Of a stretch of DNA of 64,000 bases, positions 27,359 to 41,019 are shown in pieces; within the stretch, counting starts at the first letter, position 1, and each line of letters starts with the position of its first letter. The position numbers and the translations under genes are program-made. The stretch is from contig OZ024741.1 in the NCBI GenBank assembly GCA_964016885.1, positions 183,148,001 to 183,212,000 of the forward strand, read 5' to 3'. The stretch is from Eledone cirrhosa (Eukaryota). Below the pieces are notes generated by a model. That model made no database searches. It was not told the origin of the DNA and saw only the letters and a list, made by a program, of their open reading frames with translations.

Positions 27359-28008
27359 AATTTAGAATTGGCACTCTGAAATAGCGATATATATATGAAT
27401 GTATATATAATGTATTTTGCAATACACTGTATGCTTAATTAAAAGCATTTCGAAGACCTTATGCTATTGTTTTAGAGTAGTGACAGTTTCACTTACTTTA
27501 AATTTTCAGCAAACAGGGGAGATAAAGCTGACAGAGCTATGTTTCGTACTGATTGGTACTCCACCTGTTTGCTGAAAATCATGAATGTTTGATTCTTATA
27601 GAATCACTACTCTAAAACAATAGCATAAGGTCTTCGAAATGCTTTTAATTAAGCATACAGTGCATTGCAAAATACACTATATATACATTCATATATATAT
27701 CGCTATTTCAGAGCGCCAATTCTAAATTTTAATTTCTGCTCGACCGGCAACCGCTCTGTATAATCAGTTCCTGATTATTACAAGAAATTCTATTAGAATC
27801 AAACATTCATGATTTTCAGCAAACAGGTGGAGTACTTGGCTTTGATAAGTACCAATCAGTACGAAACATAGCTCTGTCACCTTTATCTCCCCTGTTTGCT
27901 GAAAATTTAAAGTAAGTGAGACTGTCACTACTCTAAAACAATAGCATAAGGTCTTCGAAATGCTTTTAATTAAGCATACAGTATATTGCAAAATACACTA
28001 TATATACA

Positions 28009-28015
<7 letters not shown>
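27359..28015. repeat. Complex inverted/direct triplication of a hammerhead-bearing repeat
   Basis: 27359-27483 is the reverse complement of 27604-27728; 27787-28015 repeats the unit again; decayed family E motif at 27838-27882 (+) and a deleted version at 27526-27560 (-). Confidence 0.85.
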
Positions 28016-28065
<50 letters not shown>

Positions 28066-28534
28066 AGAGAGAGAGAGAGATCAACTGGAATACTGGACTG
28101 GTACTGTTCTTATCCACTTTGAACGGATGGAAGGCAAAGTTAACTTAGATGGAAATTGATCTCAGAGTGTAGAGAGCTGGAACGAATACTGTAAAGCATT
28201 CTATTTGGCAATCTTACAACTCTTGACATTTCACTGCTTAAGATAATATCCTAAGATCCTTTTACTCCTGGCCCTTTTTGTTGTTGTGGTTACATCCTTT
28301 TCCTGCTCAGTAAACCACTGTAAATGAACAATAAATGAGATGGATATAGATGGCAAGACCATCCATGTTTGGTCATGAAGTATGGTCGAATGGGTAAAAA
28401 GTTTGCTTCACAATCATTATGTCTTGGGTTTAATCCCACTGTGTGGCATCTTGAGCAAGCATCATTTATCATAGCTTTGGGTCAACCCATGCCATGTGAG
28501 TGAAACTTGGAAACCAGTATGTATGTATGTATGT

Positions 28535-29420
28535 CGAGTCACTCTTGAGTGCTACTGGTAACATGTGACCCAGTACAACCTATTGCATGGTCGGGTCGTT
28601 GGTGACTAAACCGGCAACCCCACCAAGCTTGCTTAGTGAGGAGGGTGATTTTGGACACCTTGCAGGACAAAAAGCAAAACCTGACAAAGGGCAGAAGAAC
28701 TCATAAGAGTCAACGGCCATCCAAAAATGTGTAAATATGTATATACACATGTACATATGCATCATCCTTTTTTTTCATCATTTCATTTTACGTCCGCTTT
28801 TTCTCTGCTTGCAAGGGTGGGACGGGAACTGATTCTGGCTTGATTTCTACAGCTGGATGCCCTTCCTAACACCAACCTCATTTACAGTGAGTGCCGGGTG
28901 CTTTTTTTTTTTGCCGTGGCACCTCCACGACCACTCTGCAGTGGAATGATAGGGACCCCAGTCCCTATCATCTCATTTCTACAGCTGAGTAAACTGGAGC
29001 AATGTGAAATAAAGTATCTTGCTCAAGGAAACAACACATCACCCGGTCTGAGAATTGAACTCACAACCTTTCGATTGCAAGGCCAATGCTCTAACCACTA
29101 ACCCATGTGCCTCCATGCATATGTATATTTGTATATGCATGTGTGCATGTGTATGTATATGCACAGCGACATAGAAATAGTCAGGCTGGATACTCGATTG
29201 CGCGGTTAAGCCACTAGGAGGGAAGGACCCCTAGCCTTTGTCAGGGCATTCTTCTAGGAGAAGGCAACTCAGGAAACTAGGATAACTCCGACATAAAACC
29301 TGCGACTCAGAAGTTACCAATGATGTTGATCTTTTCTTCTTTTCGTGTTATAGCTAGTGTCACTCAGAGAGTGGGATTGGCTCAGTGCACAGTCTTTCCT
29401 CACTTTAAAAAAACCCTTCA
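28535..29420 (+). mobile_element. RTE-5'UTR-like non-coding element split by a SINE
   Basis: GC-richer blocks at 28535-28725 and 29165-29420; CTAGGAGAAGGCAACTC...AAACC motif reminiscent of RTE 5' UTRs. Confidence 0.5.
28775..29115 (-). mobile_element. tRNA-derived SINE with RTE-derived tail
   Basis: Close match to 17637-18024 and 63546-63897. Confidence 0.9.
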
Positions 29421-29587
29421 CGCACAGGCATTGCACAATAGAATTAATTAATAATGGTATATCGTGCAATGGTGATTGCACGATATACCATTTTAAGAAG
29501 AGTTGTTGGAATGTTGAAGGAGAAGGCTATGGCTCGCTCTTTTGGTATAGTGTTGGTATAACATATGCCAGAGCAAAAGTGTTACGA

Positions 29588-32500
29588 ATAATAATAATAA
29601 TAATGATTTCATTTATTGGCCACAGGGCTGACATGTAGGGGACAATACAAAGACAGGGACAGTGGGGGGTTACAATAAGCTCGAGTAAAAGTGCACAATG
29701 GCAAGACTAATTTAACAATGAAGATATAAAAAAATATAAAATAAACTATGCATAAATAAATTCCCCTATAGGGGGTGGACGACTCAGGGGTGACTCAGGT
29801 ACCCCACCAATCCTGAACCACCCTGCACTTCTAGGGCACCCGGGAAGAGCACCTCTCTCCTCCTCAAATTACCTAGCTCATAGGCACATGGTCAGAGTAG
29901 GCTCACTCACATGGGCTATTCATCGCCACATTCATCCACCTTTTAGCAAATGTACTGGGGGGCAGCACTTCTCTCTCCACCCTCACCTTCCTTTCCAGGT
30001 GAAACTTGAAGTTGATGAGGGATTGGCTGAAGAGAAAAGTGTCTGTCTTCAGTCCTTTCAATCTGGTCCACCATATAACCTCTTTCGCAACTGCCACCAA
30101 ACAGAGGAAAATTGCCTGCTCTTCCTGGCCAAAGGATCCGGATCCGTTCTAAATGCGACAATAGCTGTTCGACATAACTCCACAAGTCAGTAATGCACGG
30201 ACATTGGACAAGTGCGTGCAGAACAGTTTCGTCGCTCTGTACGCATCTCGGGCAGGTCCGTCTGACAGCACTTCCGTGCCTGTAGAGTTTATCCCGAACC
30301 GGCAGTGCCCCCCAGAAGCACTGCCAATCGAGGGATTTCTGGAAGTTGTCCATCCCCGGCTCGAAAGTCGTCCAAAACAGACTGGTCAGTTCGACTTCGT
30401 CAAGGCCCAAAGCTTTTCCGAGTGCGTCATCACACTTGCCCACTACTAATCCTCTATAGAAATCGAGAGTGGAGGTTCCACTGATCGCATTGCCCGCTTG
30501 GTAGAGGGCAGTGAATGCCTGGCAACATTCTAGGTGCCAGTCACCCAGTCTTGGTCTCTTCTTGACCCATGACTGCAGCTCAGTCAAAGAAACAAGCTGA
30601 GGAAAGGTCCGTCTGATAAACGGCGACCACACCTGATCACCGTTTAGGCAGAATATCTGAAGATGTCACAGCCTCAGCGCATGTCTGCGCATCATTAGCC
30701 ACAGCATGCCCAGCCCTCTGTGTAGAGGGTGCTGGACCGCCTCACCAACGAGACTTATCCTCTCCACAAGAATTTGAAGAGGAGCCGTTCCAACTTGGCG
30801 AGGCGTGGGCGGGGGCAAGGGACGACGGTCAGGCGGTAGTAGATGATGGACGCGATGTACGCATTCGCCACGTCTGCTTAACCTTTCAGTGATAGCTTCC
30901 TCGCAGCCCATTTTTGGGTGAGACGGGTTACCCTGCTCTTTACCTCATCCCAATTCTTTTCCACCTAGAGGTCAGGTCCGAACCAAACCCCAAGCAACTT
31001 TACCGGTCCGCCCATCCAGCGCCCCACGACGCTGTTGGACGGCATAGTCTTGCCTCTCCAGGTTCCGAGCTGCAAGCCCACCGACCTTTCCGGGTTAAGT
31101 TTGGTTCCTGTTAACCTTTCATACTCCTTCAATAAGGTGCTGACCACCTCGATTTCCGAGGTGTCTGACACCATCATGGTGATGTCATCCACATAAGCCG
31201 ACACAGTCTTTCCACATCCCAGTTCGAGCGGGATGCTCTGCAACAGCTCCAGCTTCCGCAGTAAAGGCTCGAGGGTCAATACGTACAGAAGGGGAGAGAG
31301 AGGGAACCCTTGACGGACAGATCAGGAAACCGGAAACGGTTCTGAGAGGTGGCCATTAACCTTGACCACCGAGCAGATGCCGCTGTGCATTGCAGCGATC
31401 CAGCTTCTGAAGACAGGGCCGAAGCCAGCTGCTTTGAGAACAGCCTCCAGATACTGATGGTCAACCCTATTGAATGCTTTCGATTGATCTAAATTGATCA
31501 GTGCCCCACCAAAGCCAGGTTTACATCCTACCCTCTCTATGATGTATCGCATGAGGTGGAGGTTGTCATGTATGGACCTGGTTGGGATTGCGCAAGTTTG
31601 CGCCTCCGCAACCAAATCCTCGATGACAAGCGCCAATCTCTTTGCTAACACCTTGGCCAAAATCTTAAACTTATGGGCCTGAAGTTATCTAATGTATCCC
31701 TCTAATTCTCGTCTTTCCTTATCAGTATCACCACTCTCCTGCTCACAGAACTGGGAATACTCCCATTCTGCTGCCAGTTGCAGTAGAGTGCTTCGAGGAG
31801 ATCGGAGAACAAGTCTGGCATATTTACTTAAAGCTCGTAGGGCAGGCCATCCAAACTGGGTGACTTGCGCCTCGTGCAGCCGACAAGGGTGTCCTGAATT
31901 TTGGCTGAAGTAATCGGCCTTTCGCAACACTCAGCATTGGCCGTCGAGATGCGTGGCAAGCCGTCAAAGTAGAGACTGAAGTTCGCTAATGTCTCTAACC
32001 CGCCACTCTCCCCAAACAACCGAACAAAGTGCTGGTGAAAGGCCTCACACATCTGCTTGGAATCGCTTATCTCGTGTCCGTCTCAGTCCACCAAAGACCA
32101 AATTGTGGTTTTATTACCACACTGCACCTCCGCTACGCGGGCCCATCGAACAGCTTTGGTTGTCTCGTTTCTTAGTGCACGCGCCTTAGCTCTGACAAAG
32201 CAACCTTCGTGTTTCGCATTGAAGAAATGGTCTAATGCCATTCTCACCACTAACACGTCCATTGCAAATGCCACTACAAATAGCCTCGTCTAACTTATCT
32301 ACTAGCTCCTCTCCTTTCTGTTTTTCTCTAATGCTACTTCTTTGCGAAACCCTATCGAAGTTACTCTAATCTCTCTTTTTTGAGTGCCCCCCACCACCAT
32401 CTGTTGTTGACGATCCCCACTGTCAACTTTTGCTTAACTAAATTGTTGATCTGGTCCCTGTAAGCCTTATGTGCCGGAAATGACATGTTCAGCTTCCAGT

Positions 32501-35400
32501 AGCCAGGTCCCAACCTACGCATTTTATCTAGTGATCTGAATAGGTGACGGTTTTAAGAAGTGGGCAGCTTATGCTATTTCTATCTATTTTCCTAATGCAT
32601 ATCCTGTCTATATACAATCTAGATGACCCTGTGCAGTTGGTCCACGTCCACACTGGCGCATTAGGGAAATCTAGTCGGTACCTGTCAAACAGTTGGAACT
32701 GGCTGATTAGGTGCTTGAGGCTTTTGCACCCCCCCCCCCCCCCTGATCCTATCAGCTACTCCCACACAATCCCAGCGTGCGTCTAAGATGCCGTTCCAGT
32801 CCCCCACTAACAGTAAAGGGTGAGACGTACCCAGAAAGGCTTCCAGGCGCCTAAAGAAGTCAGGTCGTCCGGCCCCAATAGGGGCGTAGAAGGCCAGCAG
32901 TCTAAAGGCACCACCCTTCGCTATTGTTCATATCCAGGACCACCAACTTACCATGCAGGTCCCGGAAGATCAACCTTATCTCGAGATCCAGGCCTTTCCT
33001 AAACAGTACTGCTAGCCTGTCTCCCATTCCCGGCTTGCTAACAGATGCGAAGATCTGATAGTCGTTGAAAATGGGGGCTAGTGTGCGTGTGTCAGAAATC
33101 CTTGTTTTGCTGACAGCAATCGCATCCATTTCCAGAGACCTGAGGTCATTGAGCAGGCGACCCTGCTTCACGGTGACCCCAGGCCACAAACATTTAAACT
33201 TCCTACTCTTAATATGGCCATGTTGGCAAGCTAAAATAGAGAGGGAAGGTTTACTTACCTCCTGGAGACTTGTGAAGGTCGGGTGATTCGACCTCCATGG
33301 TTGGTGGGGTTTCTTTTGGGAACCCCTTTAAAAGTCTCGATGTGGGTTTCACATTTGGGGTTCCCACGTTCTGAGGAAAGCTCTTTCAAATTTCTTTGTA
33401 GGAATCGAGCGATATTCGCACCAGAAACAAATCTTCTGGCACGCAAAATGTGCTCAATTCAAAGATCTCCCCCTCTGTCTGAATGTCCTCGCTTCGTGCT
33501 AAGAGGGCCATCAATTTATCGTTGGCCTTTCTGACAAGCACAAAGTTTTAATGTTTTGTTGGTATGGTTTTATTTGTTTTCGTTTCGGTGACTGTGGTGG
33601 TGATGGTTTTGATGGTGTTGTTTTGGGTGTGTCTGTGTTTGTTGTAGGTGTGGTGTCTGAAATTTTGGGTGTCTGTGTGTTTATTTGTTCTTGTGTTTGT
33701 TTAGGTTGTTTACGTTTAGGGGATTGTGGCGGTGGTGGTTGATGTTGATGTTATTGGGGAAGTGTTTGCGTTGGTGGTGTCTGTATTTTTTGTTGTGTAT
33801 GTTTTTGTGTTTTGGCACTTTTGGGTTTTCCTTCATCTTCACTATTGGAAGACAAAGGGTCTGTGGCTGTGAGTGTATCTGTATCTGTGTGTGCATTTAT
33901 GGTTTTGTTCATGTGTATAATTTGAGGGGTAAGGGGAGTGGGAGAGCTTTCCTCGTTTTCCCCTTGGGTTGGTTTCAGTGCTGGTGGTGGTCCGGCTGTT
34001 TTTGATGTTGGTGGGGTTGCCCATGTCATTGTTGGTGTTGTTGTTGGTGATGGTGGTGCAGCTTTCCGAGTTGGCAGCAAAGGAGGTTTGCAGCCCCCTG
34101 CATTTTTGAGCTGAGGGCAGAAGGCTTGCAGATGCGTTGCTTTCCCGCAGACGAAGCAGTGCAGCCTTCTTCCCTTGGTGATTAATTGAATCGTTGTCCC
34201 GTCCTGCAGGCGGGCAAAATCCGGGATGTTGTTGAGGTCCTCTGGTTTCATTTGTAGAAGAATCTCCAAATCCATTCCGGACCAGTCTTTTTGATATCTA
34301 GGAGGGTAGTGTCTGTTCCCTCCTCGATTACGCATCCCAGGAGCCACCATATGTCCATTCCTGGTGGGATCCTTGGAATGCGGGCCTTTACTGTCCTTTT
34401 GTCCATGTAGGACAGGTGCATGATAATGCGTTCCGTCCTGCAGGGGGTCACGGAGTGCTTAATAGCAAGGGCCTCAGTTTTGAACAGAACCGAGATGGTA
34501 CCGAATTGCTTGGCCCTTGCTTTATACTCAATGTCACTCCCGATGCACTTCAAAGCAGCCTCAACTTCTGCCTTGCTGGCGAGTTCCACTTTACGTGTCT
34601 GCACTGAAATGCATCAAAAGTACACCGTCCTCCTTTACATGGCTGCTATTGCCTCGTCCGGGATGGTTAGGTTGGCCCAGGACTTCTCTCTTTTAATTAA
34701 CCTGCACGCCTGGGCCAACTGTTGTTCCTTATCGCTGATATCTACGTTATAGGAGTGCCTTGTTTTGGCTGCGGTCGCTGCAAATGTCGGGCCTTTGTTG
34801 AGCTTGTTGTTGCTTTCATTGTTGTTCTTGTTGTTGGTGTTGTCGTTCTTGCTGTTGTTGTTGTTCTTGTTGTTTTGTTTGTTGTAGCTGTTGCTACCAT
34901 TATTAGTGTTTATATTGAGGTTGTTTGTGTTATTGTCGTTGTTTTTCTTGGTTGTTGTTGTTGTTGTGGTGGCGGTGGTAGTGGTGATGTCAGTTGGAGG
35001 TGATACAGTGTTGTTAACTGCTCCCTTCTGTGATAGTAGCAGCAGTGTGGTAGTTCTTGTGTTTTGTTTTTACATTCAGTGGAGTGGACGACAGACTTGT
35101 CTGTGGTAGTAATAGTCGTAGTGGTGGGAGGTATAGTGGCTGTGTTTGACCTTTTGGCCTGTACGTTGTTTACCGTTTCAAGGTCGAAAATTTCCCTACT
35201 TTTTGGGGGAAGCAATTTTTTTCGAAATTTTTAAAAATAAATCGGAATAAAGCCCGAATATTGAGAGGTCTCCCCTTCTTTGAACCAAGGTGGGTACCTT
35301 ATGCTTCGTTATCGACAAGAAAATACAAAAAATGATACTTTGAAACAGCTTAAAATTACAAACCTTTTTCTCTCGCAGACTTGTAATGTCTTCACACAAG
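29588..35400 (-). mobile_element. Near full-length inactivated L1/Tx1-clade LINE
   Basis: ORF1 (about 35215-33430) with CCHC knuckle CFVCGKATHLQAFC; ORF2 APE (DAIAVSKTRI) and RT (ALINLDQSKAFNRVDH, SAYVDDIT, VKLLGVWFG); C-terminal CPRCVQSDETVLHALVQC; AATAAA plus (ATT)n tail. Confidence 0.93.
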
Positions 35401-35407
35401 TGTGCAA

Positions 35408-35444
<37 letters not shown>

Positions 35445-37040
35445 GTAATGGTAATGGTTTCTTTATTGGCCACAAGGGCTAATATGAAGAAAAACATTAC
35501 AGACGGCACAGAATGATACAGGACGATGCAGCACTTGCTTCACCACCTTGATTTTACTCTTCAAGTAAAATTTGAGAACGTTAATCAGAGATTTACTGGA
35601 GAGGAAAGTATCCGTCTTCAATCCTTTCAACCTTGTCCACCATACAATCTCTTTCGCCATGGCCACCAAGCAGATGAAAACTGCCTGCTGTTCCTCTTCC
35701 TTAAAGGAGGATGGTAGAGCTATCTGCACAGTGGACTCAGTCGATAACCGGATCCGTCCTACACGTGACAGCAACTGTTCGACATAGCCCAACACATCAG
35801 CAATGCTCGAGCACTGAACGAGTGCGTGCACGACGGTTTCGTCGCGCTGCATGAATCTCAAACAGGTTTGGCTGACGGCACTTCCGTGCCTGTAGAGCTT
35901 ATCTCGAACCGGCAACGCTCCCTGGTAGTACTGCCAGGCTAGGGATTTCTGGAAGTTGTCCACAAGCCCCGGACTGAAAGTTCTCTTGAAGAGAGCGAAC
36001 AGCTGATCGTCTTCAACGCCCAGGTTCTCCCCTCAAGAACGTTGTCGCTCTTCCCCTCCACTAGTCCTCTATCGAACGCTGAGGTGGATGTTCCACCGAT
36101 ACTAGTGCCCAGCTGGTAGAAGGCTGTGAGCGCTTGGAGACATTCCAGCTTCCAAGCACCATCCCTCGGACCTTTCCTGATCCAGGACTGCAGCTCTGTT
36201 AATGAGACGAGCTGGGGAAAAACATGTCTGACAAATGGCGACCACACCTGTTCACCGTCAAGAAAGCACCAGAGATGTCGCAGCCACAGCGCGTGTTTGT
36301 GCATCATCAGCCATGGCATGCCCAGTCCTCCATGCAATGGGTGCTGACAACAGATGGATTATCTGACCATGGGAGCACGTCCCTTCCATAAAAAGCAGAA
36401 GAGGAGGCGTTCCATTTTGGTCAAAGTTGGGCAGGGGCAAGGTACGACGGTCAGGTGGTAGCAGATGACGGATGTGATGTACGCATTCGCCACCTCTGCC
36501 CAACCTTTCAGGGACAGCTTCCTCTCGGCCCATTTCTGGGTGAGAGTAGCCACCCTGCTCTTCAACTTGCTCCAGTTTTTCTCCATCTGGAGGTCCGGAC
36601 TGAACCAGACCCCGAGCAATTTAACCAGTCCTTCTATCCAGCACTCCACGATGCTGTTGAACGGTATGGACTTGCCTCTCCAGGTGCCGAGCTGCAAGCC
36701 CACCGACTTTTCCTGGTTTAACTTTGCTCCTGTCATTGCTTCATATTCCTTGAGAGCAGTGCCGAGCATCTGGACATGTCCGGTGTTTGACACCACCATG
36801 GTGATGTCGTCGGCGTAAGCCTATACAGATCTCCCACATTCCAGTTCACGTGCGACGCCTCTCATCGTCTCCAATTTGTGCAGTAACGGCTTGAGGGCCA
36901 ATACGAACAAGAGCGATGAAAGGGGTCAACCCTGGTGGACCAACGCATGATGCTGAATGGCTGTGACAAGTGACCGTTCACCCTCACAACTGAGCAGATT
37001 TCGCTGTGCATTGCAGCGATCCAACCCCTGAAAACGTCTG
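35408..37040 (-). mobile_element. 5'-truncated L1/Tx1 LINE ORF2
   Basis: GAKLNQEKSVGLQLGTWRG, KLSLKGWAEVANAYI, GALPVRDKLYRHG, DETVVHALVQC; (ATT)n tail at 35408-35440. Confidence 0.92.
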
Positions 37041-37619
37041 ACATCCTACCGATACTGCCAATCCACCTCCCTTGATATTATCACCAAGTTGATAATGATA
37101 ATAATTGTTTCTACTTTTGGCACAAGGCCAGCAATTATCCCAGGGTATTACTGGTACTTTATTTTATCGACCCCATAATGATAATATTGGTTTCTTTATT
37201 GACCACAAGGGTTAACTAAGGTTTAATTAATCAATTCATTTTTAATTATGAATTTTATCATTTATTTCAAGGCTGTCTCTTCTGCATTGAAAACAGCTTA
37301 TTAGATGTAGAGCTTGAAGTACTTGTTATGATCAAATGTAAACACTCAAAACAAAACAGGCATACGTAACAACATCTGTATACTGTATATACATATACAC
37401 ACACACATTTATACAAAAACACAAACACACAGAGTCTGAAGCAGACTATTGGAGGTGCAGGGCACTTCAGATTTGGTGGGCTCCTAATACTAAAAATGTT
37501 AGTATATATAGCAAACCCCAATTTTACATCTCAAAGTTAGCTTGATACAAGTAATTGGAATTGAAAAGTTATGTGGGTATTAAATTCAAATATTCTAACC
37601 ATCCTAAAACTAAAAATCT

Positions 37620-37772
37620 TGTCATTACAGCTCCTGCAATTCTTGCACTTAATTCAGCCTCCTGCGTTCCATCACTCATGAACACAGCCTCGAGATACTT
37701 GAACTTCTCCACCTACTTCAGTGGAACTCCATTCACATGTAGAGTGCACTGAGCAGGCTTCCTTGAGATAAT
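37620..37772 (-). mobile_element. Short Rex3-like RTE fragment
   Basis: Similar to 915-1050; reverse strand reads ..EVEKFKYL... Confidence 0.65.
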
Positions 37773-37791
37773 GTGTTTATATAAATATATA

Positions 37792-38083
37792 CATTCTCAG
37801 ACCGGGTGATGTGTTGTTTCCTTGAGCAAGACACTTTATTTCACATTGCTCCAGTTTACTCAGCTGTAGAAATGAGATGATAGGGACTGGGGTCCCTATC
37901 ATTCCACTGCAAAGTGGTCGTGGAGGTGCCATGGCAAAAAAGCACCCATCACTCACTGTAAATGAGGTTGGTGTTAGGAAGGGCATCCAGCTGTAGAAAT
38001 CAAGCCAGAATCTGTTCCCGTCCCACCCTTGCAAGCAGGGAAAAGCGGACGTAAAATGAAATGATGATGATGATGATGATGAT
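37792..38083 (+). mobile_element. 5'-truncated SINE with RTE-derived tail
   Basis: Reverse complement of 28775-29055. Confidence 0.9.
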
Positions 38084-38279
38084 GCATTCATTACACTATA
38101 ATGTATGTTGTAACACACAGATACATATGTATTACTTTCCTACCACAAGGTCCTGGGTTCTAATCCTACATTAGGCCCTGTAAAAAGTTATTTCTCCTAA
38201 ATTACTCATACATTTATCCCTGTATGTCATTTGTCCATATATGATCAATCAGATCAATTTTACAGTCAATTTTACAGTC

Positions 38280-38930
38280 CTATAGCTCCAACCGAATACC
38301 TAAACAGGCACGATGGAGCTGCACAATACATACATTGGGTAATGTGGAAGCATTTTGACCTGGCACATCAAAAGAATTGGTGGGAGCATCAACCACCTCC
38401 TGTACGTGAAGAAAGTCACATCTCAATTTTGTGGAACTTTAGCATCCAAACAGACCGAAAAATAGATGCAAATAGACCTGATATAATACTGAAGGACTTT
38501 AAAAAGAGGGTATGCCTGCTAATTGATATGTCCGTTCCAATAGACAAGAATGTACCTATAAAAACATTTGAAAAATTGAGCAAGTATAAAGACCTGGAGA
38601 TAGAAATTGGAAAAGTCTGGAAGTTGAGAACTAAAACAATACCAGTGGTTGTAGGCACTCTAAGAATGATACCTAAGGGGTCTAAAGATTACTTATCCCA
38701 AATCCCAGGAAACCCGCGTATAGAAGAAATACAAAAGACAGTACTAATGTGAATTGCCCATATACTGAGGAAGATTCTGTCGATATAAGTACATCACAAG
38801 TCTAAACACCTAAAGATACATGTGTGTATGTATGTTCTTTCTTGAACATGGCGGACCTTGTTGTCTCTTGAGGTCACTGGTTGTGACTTGGTGATAACTC
38901 GTATGAACATAAAGCAAGATAAATGAAATA
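38280..38930 (+). mobile_element. 3' fragment of an R4/Dong-like non-LTR element with restriction-like endonuclease
   Basis: EYLNRHD, ILWNFSIQTDRKIDANRPDII, LLIDMSVP, EKLSKYKDL, IPVVVGTL, IQKTVL: RHD/PD..D..KY motif series. Confidence 0.88.
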
Positions 38931-39113
38931 ATAATTGTTTCTGCTTTTGGCACAAGGCCAGAAATTACCCAGTACATTACTGGTACTTTATTTTATCGAC
39001 CCCGTAAGGATGAAAGGAAAAGTTAACCTCAGCGGGATTTGAACTCAGATCATAAAGGGACGTAACTATGCATGGCGTCCGATCCTCTACCGATACTGCT
39101 AATCCACCGCCCT
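38930..39113 (-). mobile_element. tRNA-derived SINE (Meta-like domain)
   Basis: Matches 26005-26250. Confidence 0.85.
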
Positions 39114-39299
39114 TAAATGAAATAATAATAATAATGATTTCTTTATTCCCCACAAGGGTTAACATCAAGAAAAACATTATGACAGCACAGAATGAAAACA
39201 TAGGGTGTGTGTAGGTGTGTGTTGGTGAGTGGGTTTTGCATATAAACAGTTTCAACAATTTAAAAAAAAACAAAACAAAGATAGCAAAAGAATTATAAC

Positions 39300-39992
39300 A
39301 AAGTAGATTCTTCAATAGGGAGGAGACGTTCGAGGGTCAACTCGTGAAGAAAACCCCATAAAACCACGGGTGCCGCTGAAAAAGGGACCACTTCTTTTGC
39401 GGGTGTGGTCCGGAATGTAGAGACAGTGATAGTCACGGAGGAGGAAATGGCATTTGCAAGGGTCATGGTGACTAGAAAAGCCAATCGAGTCTCCCTGAAA
39501 CCTCCACCCGATTTTTTCAAGGACCAACAGCCGTGGATGGTGACTTACCACACTGTAAGCAAAAGATCATACCGGGTGGAGTGAGCTACGGAGGCGCAAA
39601 TTCAGAAGGCCTTGGGATGCGTGTGGGTACGCAAAACCCACATCATCTGAGGAAAAAAGTATGCCACTGTGGATGTACTTTTTGCCACCCCTCAAGAGGC
39701 GAAGTCTCACTATTTGGTAACCCTAAAGAGTGAGGAGAAAGTTTTGATGCCCTCCTACTGCGGACAGAAGATTGTGAGGGTTAAAGTGACCCGTGTCTCG
39801 CCCGACGCACCCATACCATGGCTAGCCGCATCTGTCCTTGCTGGAATCGAGGACACGACAACCACGCTGCAAGTACAGAGGATAGGGAGGGAGAACTGGT
39901 CAGGTATAGGAATGCAAATGCTAATCCAAACTGACCAGGAGTGTATTGAGGCTATCCCGGACATTATAGACCTAGAAGAAGGAATTCAATAA
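39300..39992 (+). mobile_element. Tx1-type ORF1 fragment
   Basis: DVLFATPQEA...LMPSYCGQKIVRVKVTRVSPDAPIPWLAASVL aligns by eye with ORF1 at 34248-34604 (SVLFKTEALA...MHLSYMDKRTVKARIPRIPP). Confidence 0.7.
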
Positions 39993-41019
39993 TTTTTTTC
40001 TGATGTCTTAGGCAATGCTAGTAGTAGCAACAAAATCTCCCTCAAACCATAGACATATTTGTGAGTGAAATAGCAAAGAAATATACAGTTAATCAAATAT
40101 TCTAGTCTAGTTAAAATCTACTTTAATTATATATTAATTTCTAGAACTACACACTTTAATGAGTATCTCTATAAAATGTCAAGAAAGAATATTAATTACT
40201 AAGAAAGTTATGAATAAAATTACTAGTGTAACTAGGTTAGAAAACTATTATGGTCAAAGGGAGGTAAATATGAGACATTCTTGCGGACAACTATGTGGTC
40301 AATAATAATGCTAGAAATGGCAGCCAAACATTGAAACTTATATTTTAAAAATGTTAGTCACAACAGACAAATTTCCTTCAAATATTACATCTTATTATAT
40401 TTTAAAATGAACACAAATTTCCCTTTTATTCATTTTAGTGATGAACCAAGAAAAATATTTGAATATATTTTCCAGCAAAATTCTTTTTAGTTTCACACTT
40501 TATATGAAAGAGTGGAAAGAAAGTTCGACATTGTATGAGCATGACATGATTACTTTAACTAAACGGCAATATATTATGAATTTTATCATTTATTTCAAGG
40601 CTGTCTCTTCTGTATTGAAAACAGTTTATAAGATGTAGAGCTTGAAGTACTTGTTATGATCAAATGTAAACACTCAAAACAAAACAAACATACGTACCAA
40701 CATCTGTAAACTGTATATACATATATACATACATTTATACAAAAGTGGAACCTGAAGAAGTTAATAAGGGCTTTGTTGAAGAGGAAAATGTTCATCTTCA
40801 ATCCTTTCAGGTGAGTCCACCATACAATCTATTTCATCATGGCCATAAGAATAAAATTGCCTTCTCTTCTTTATTAAAGAAGGGGAAATCTTCACAGAAA
40901 TGGAATGACAGAAATAGAATCCAAATCTCCCTTTTATTCATTCTAGAGATGAACCAAGAAAAGTATTTCAATATATTTTCAAGCAAAGTTTCCATATTTC
41001 TATCTATCTATGGTGGGTA

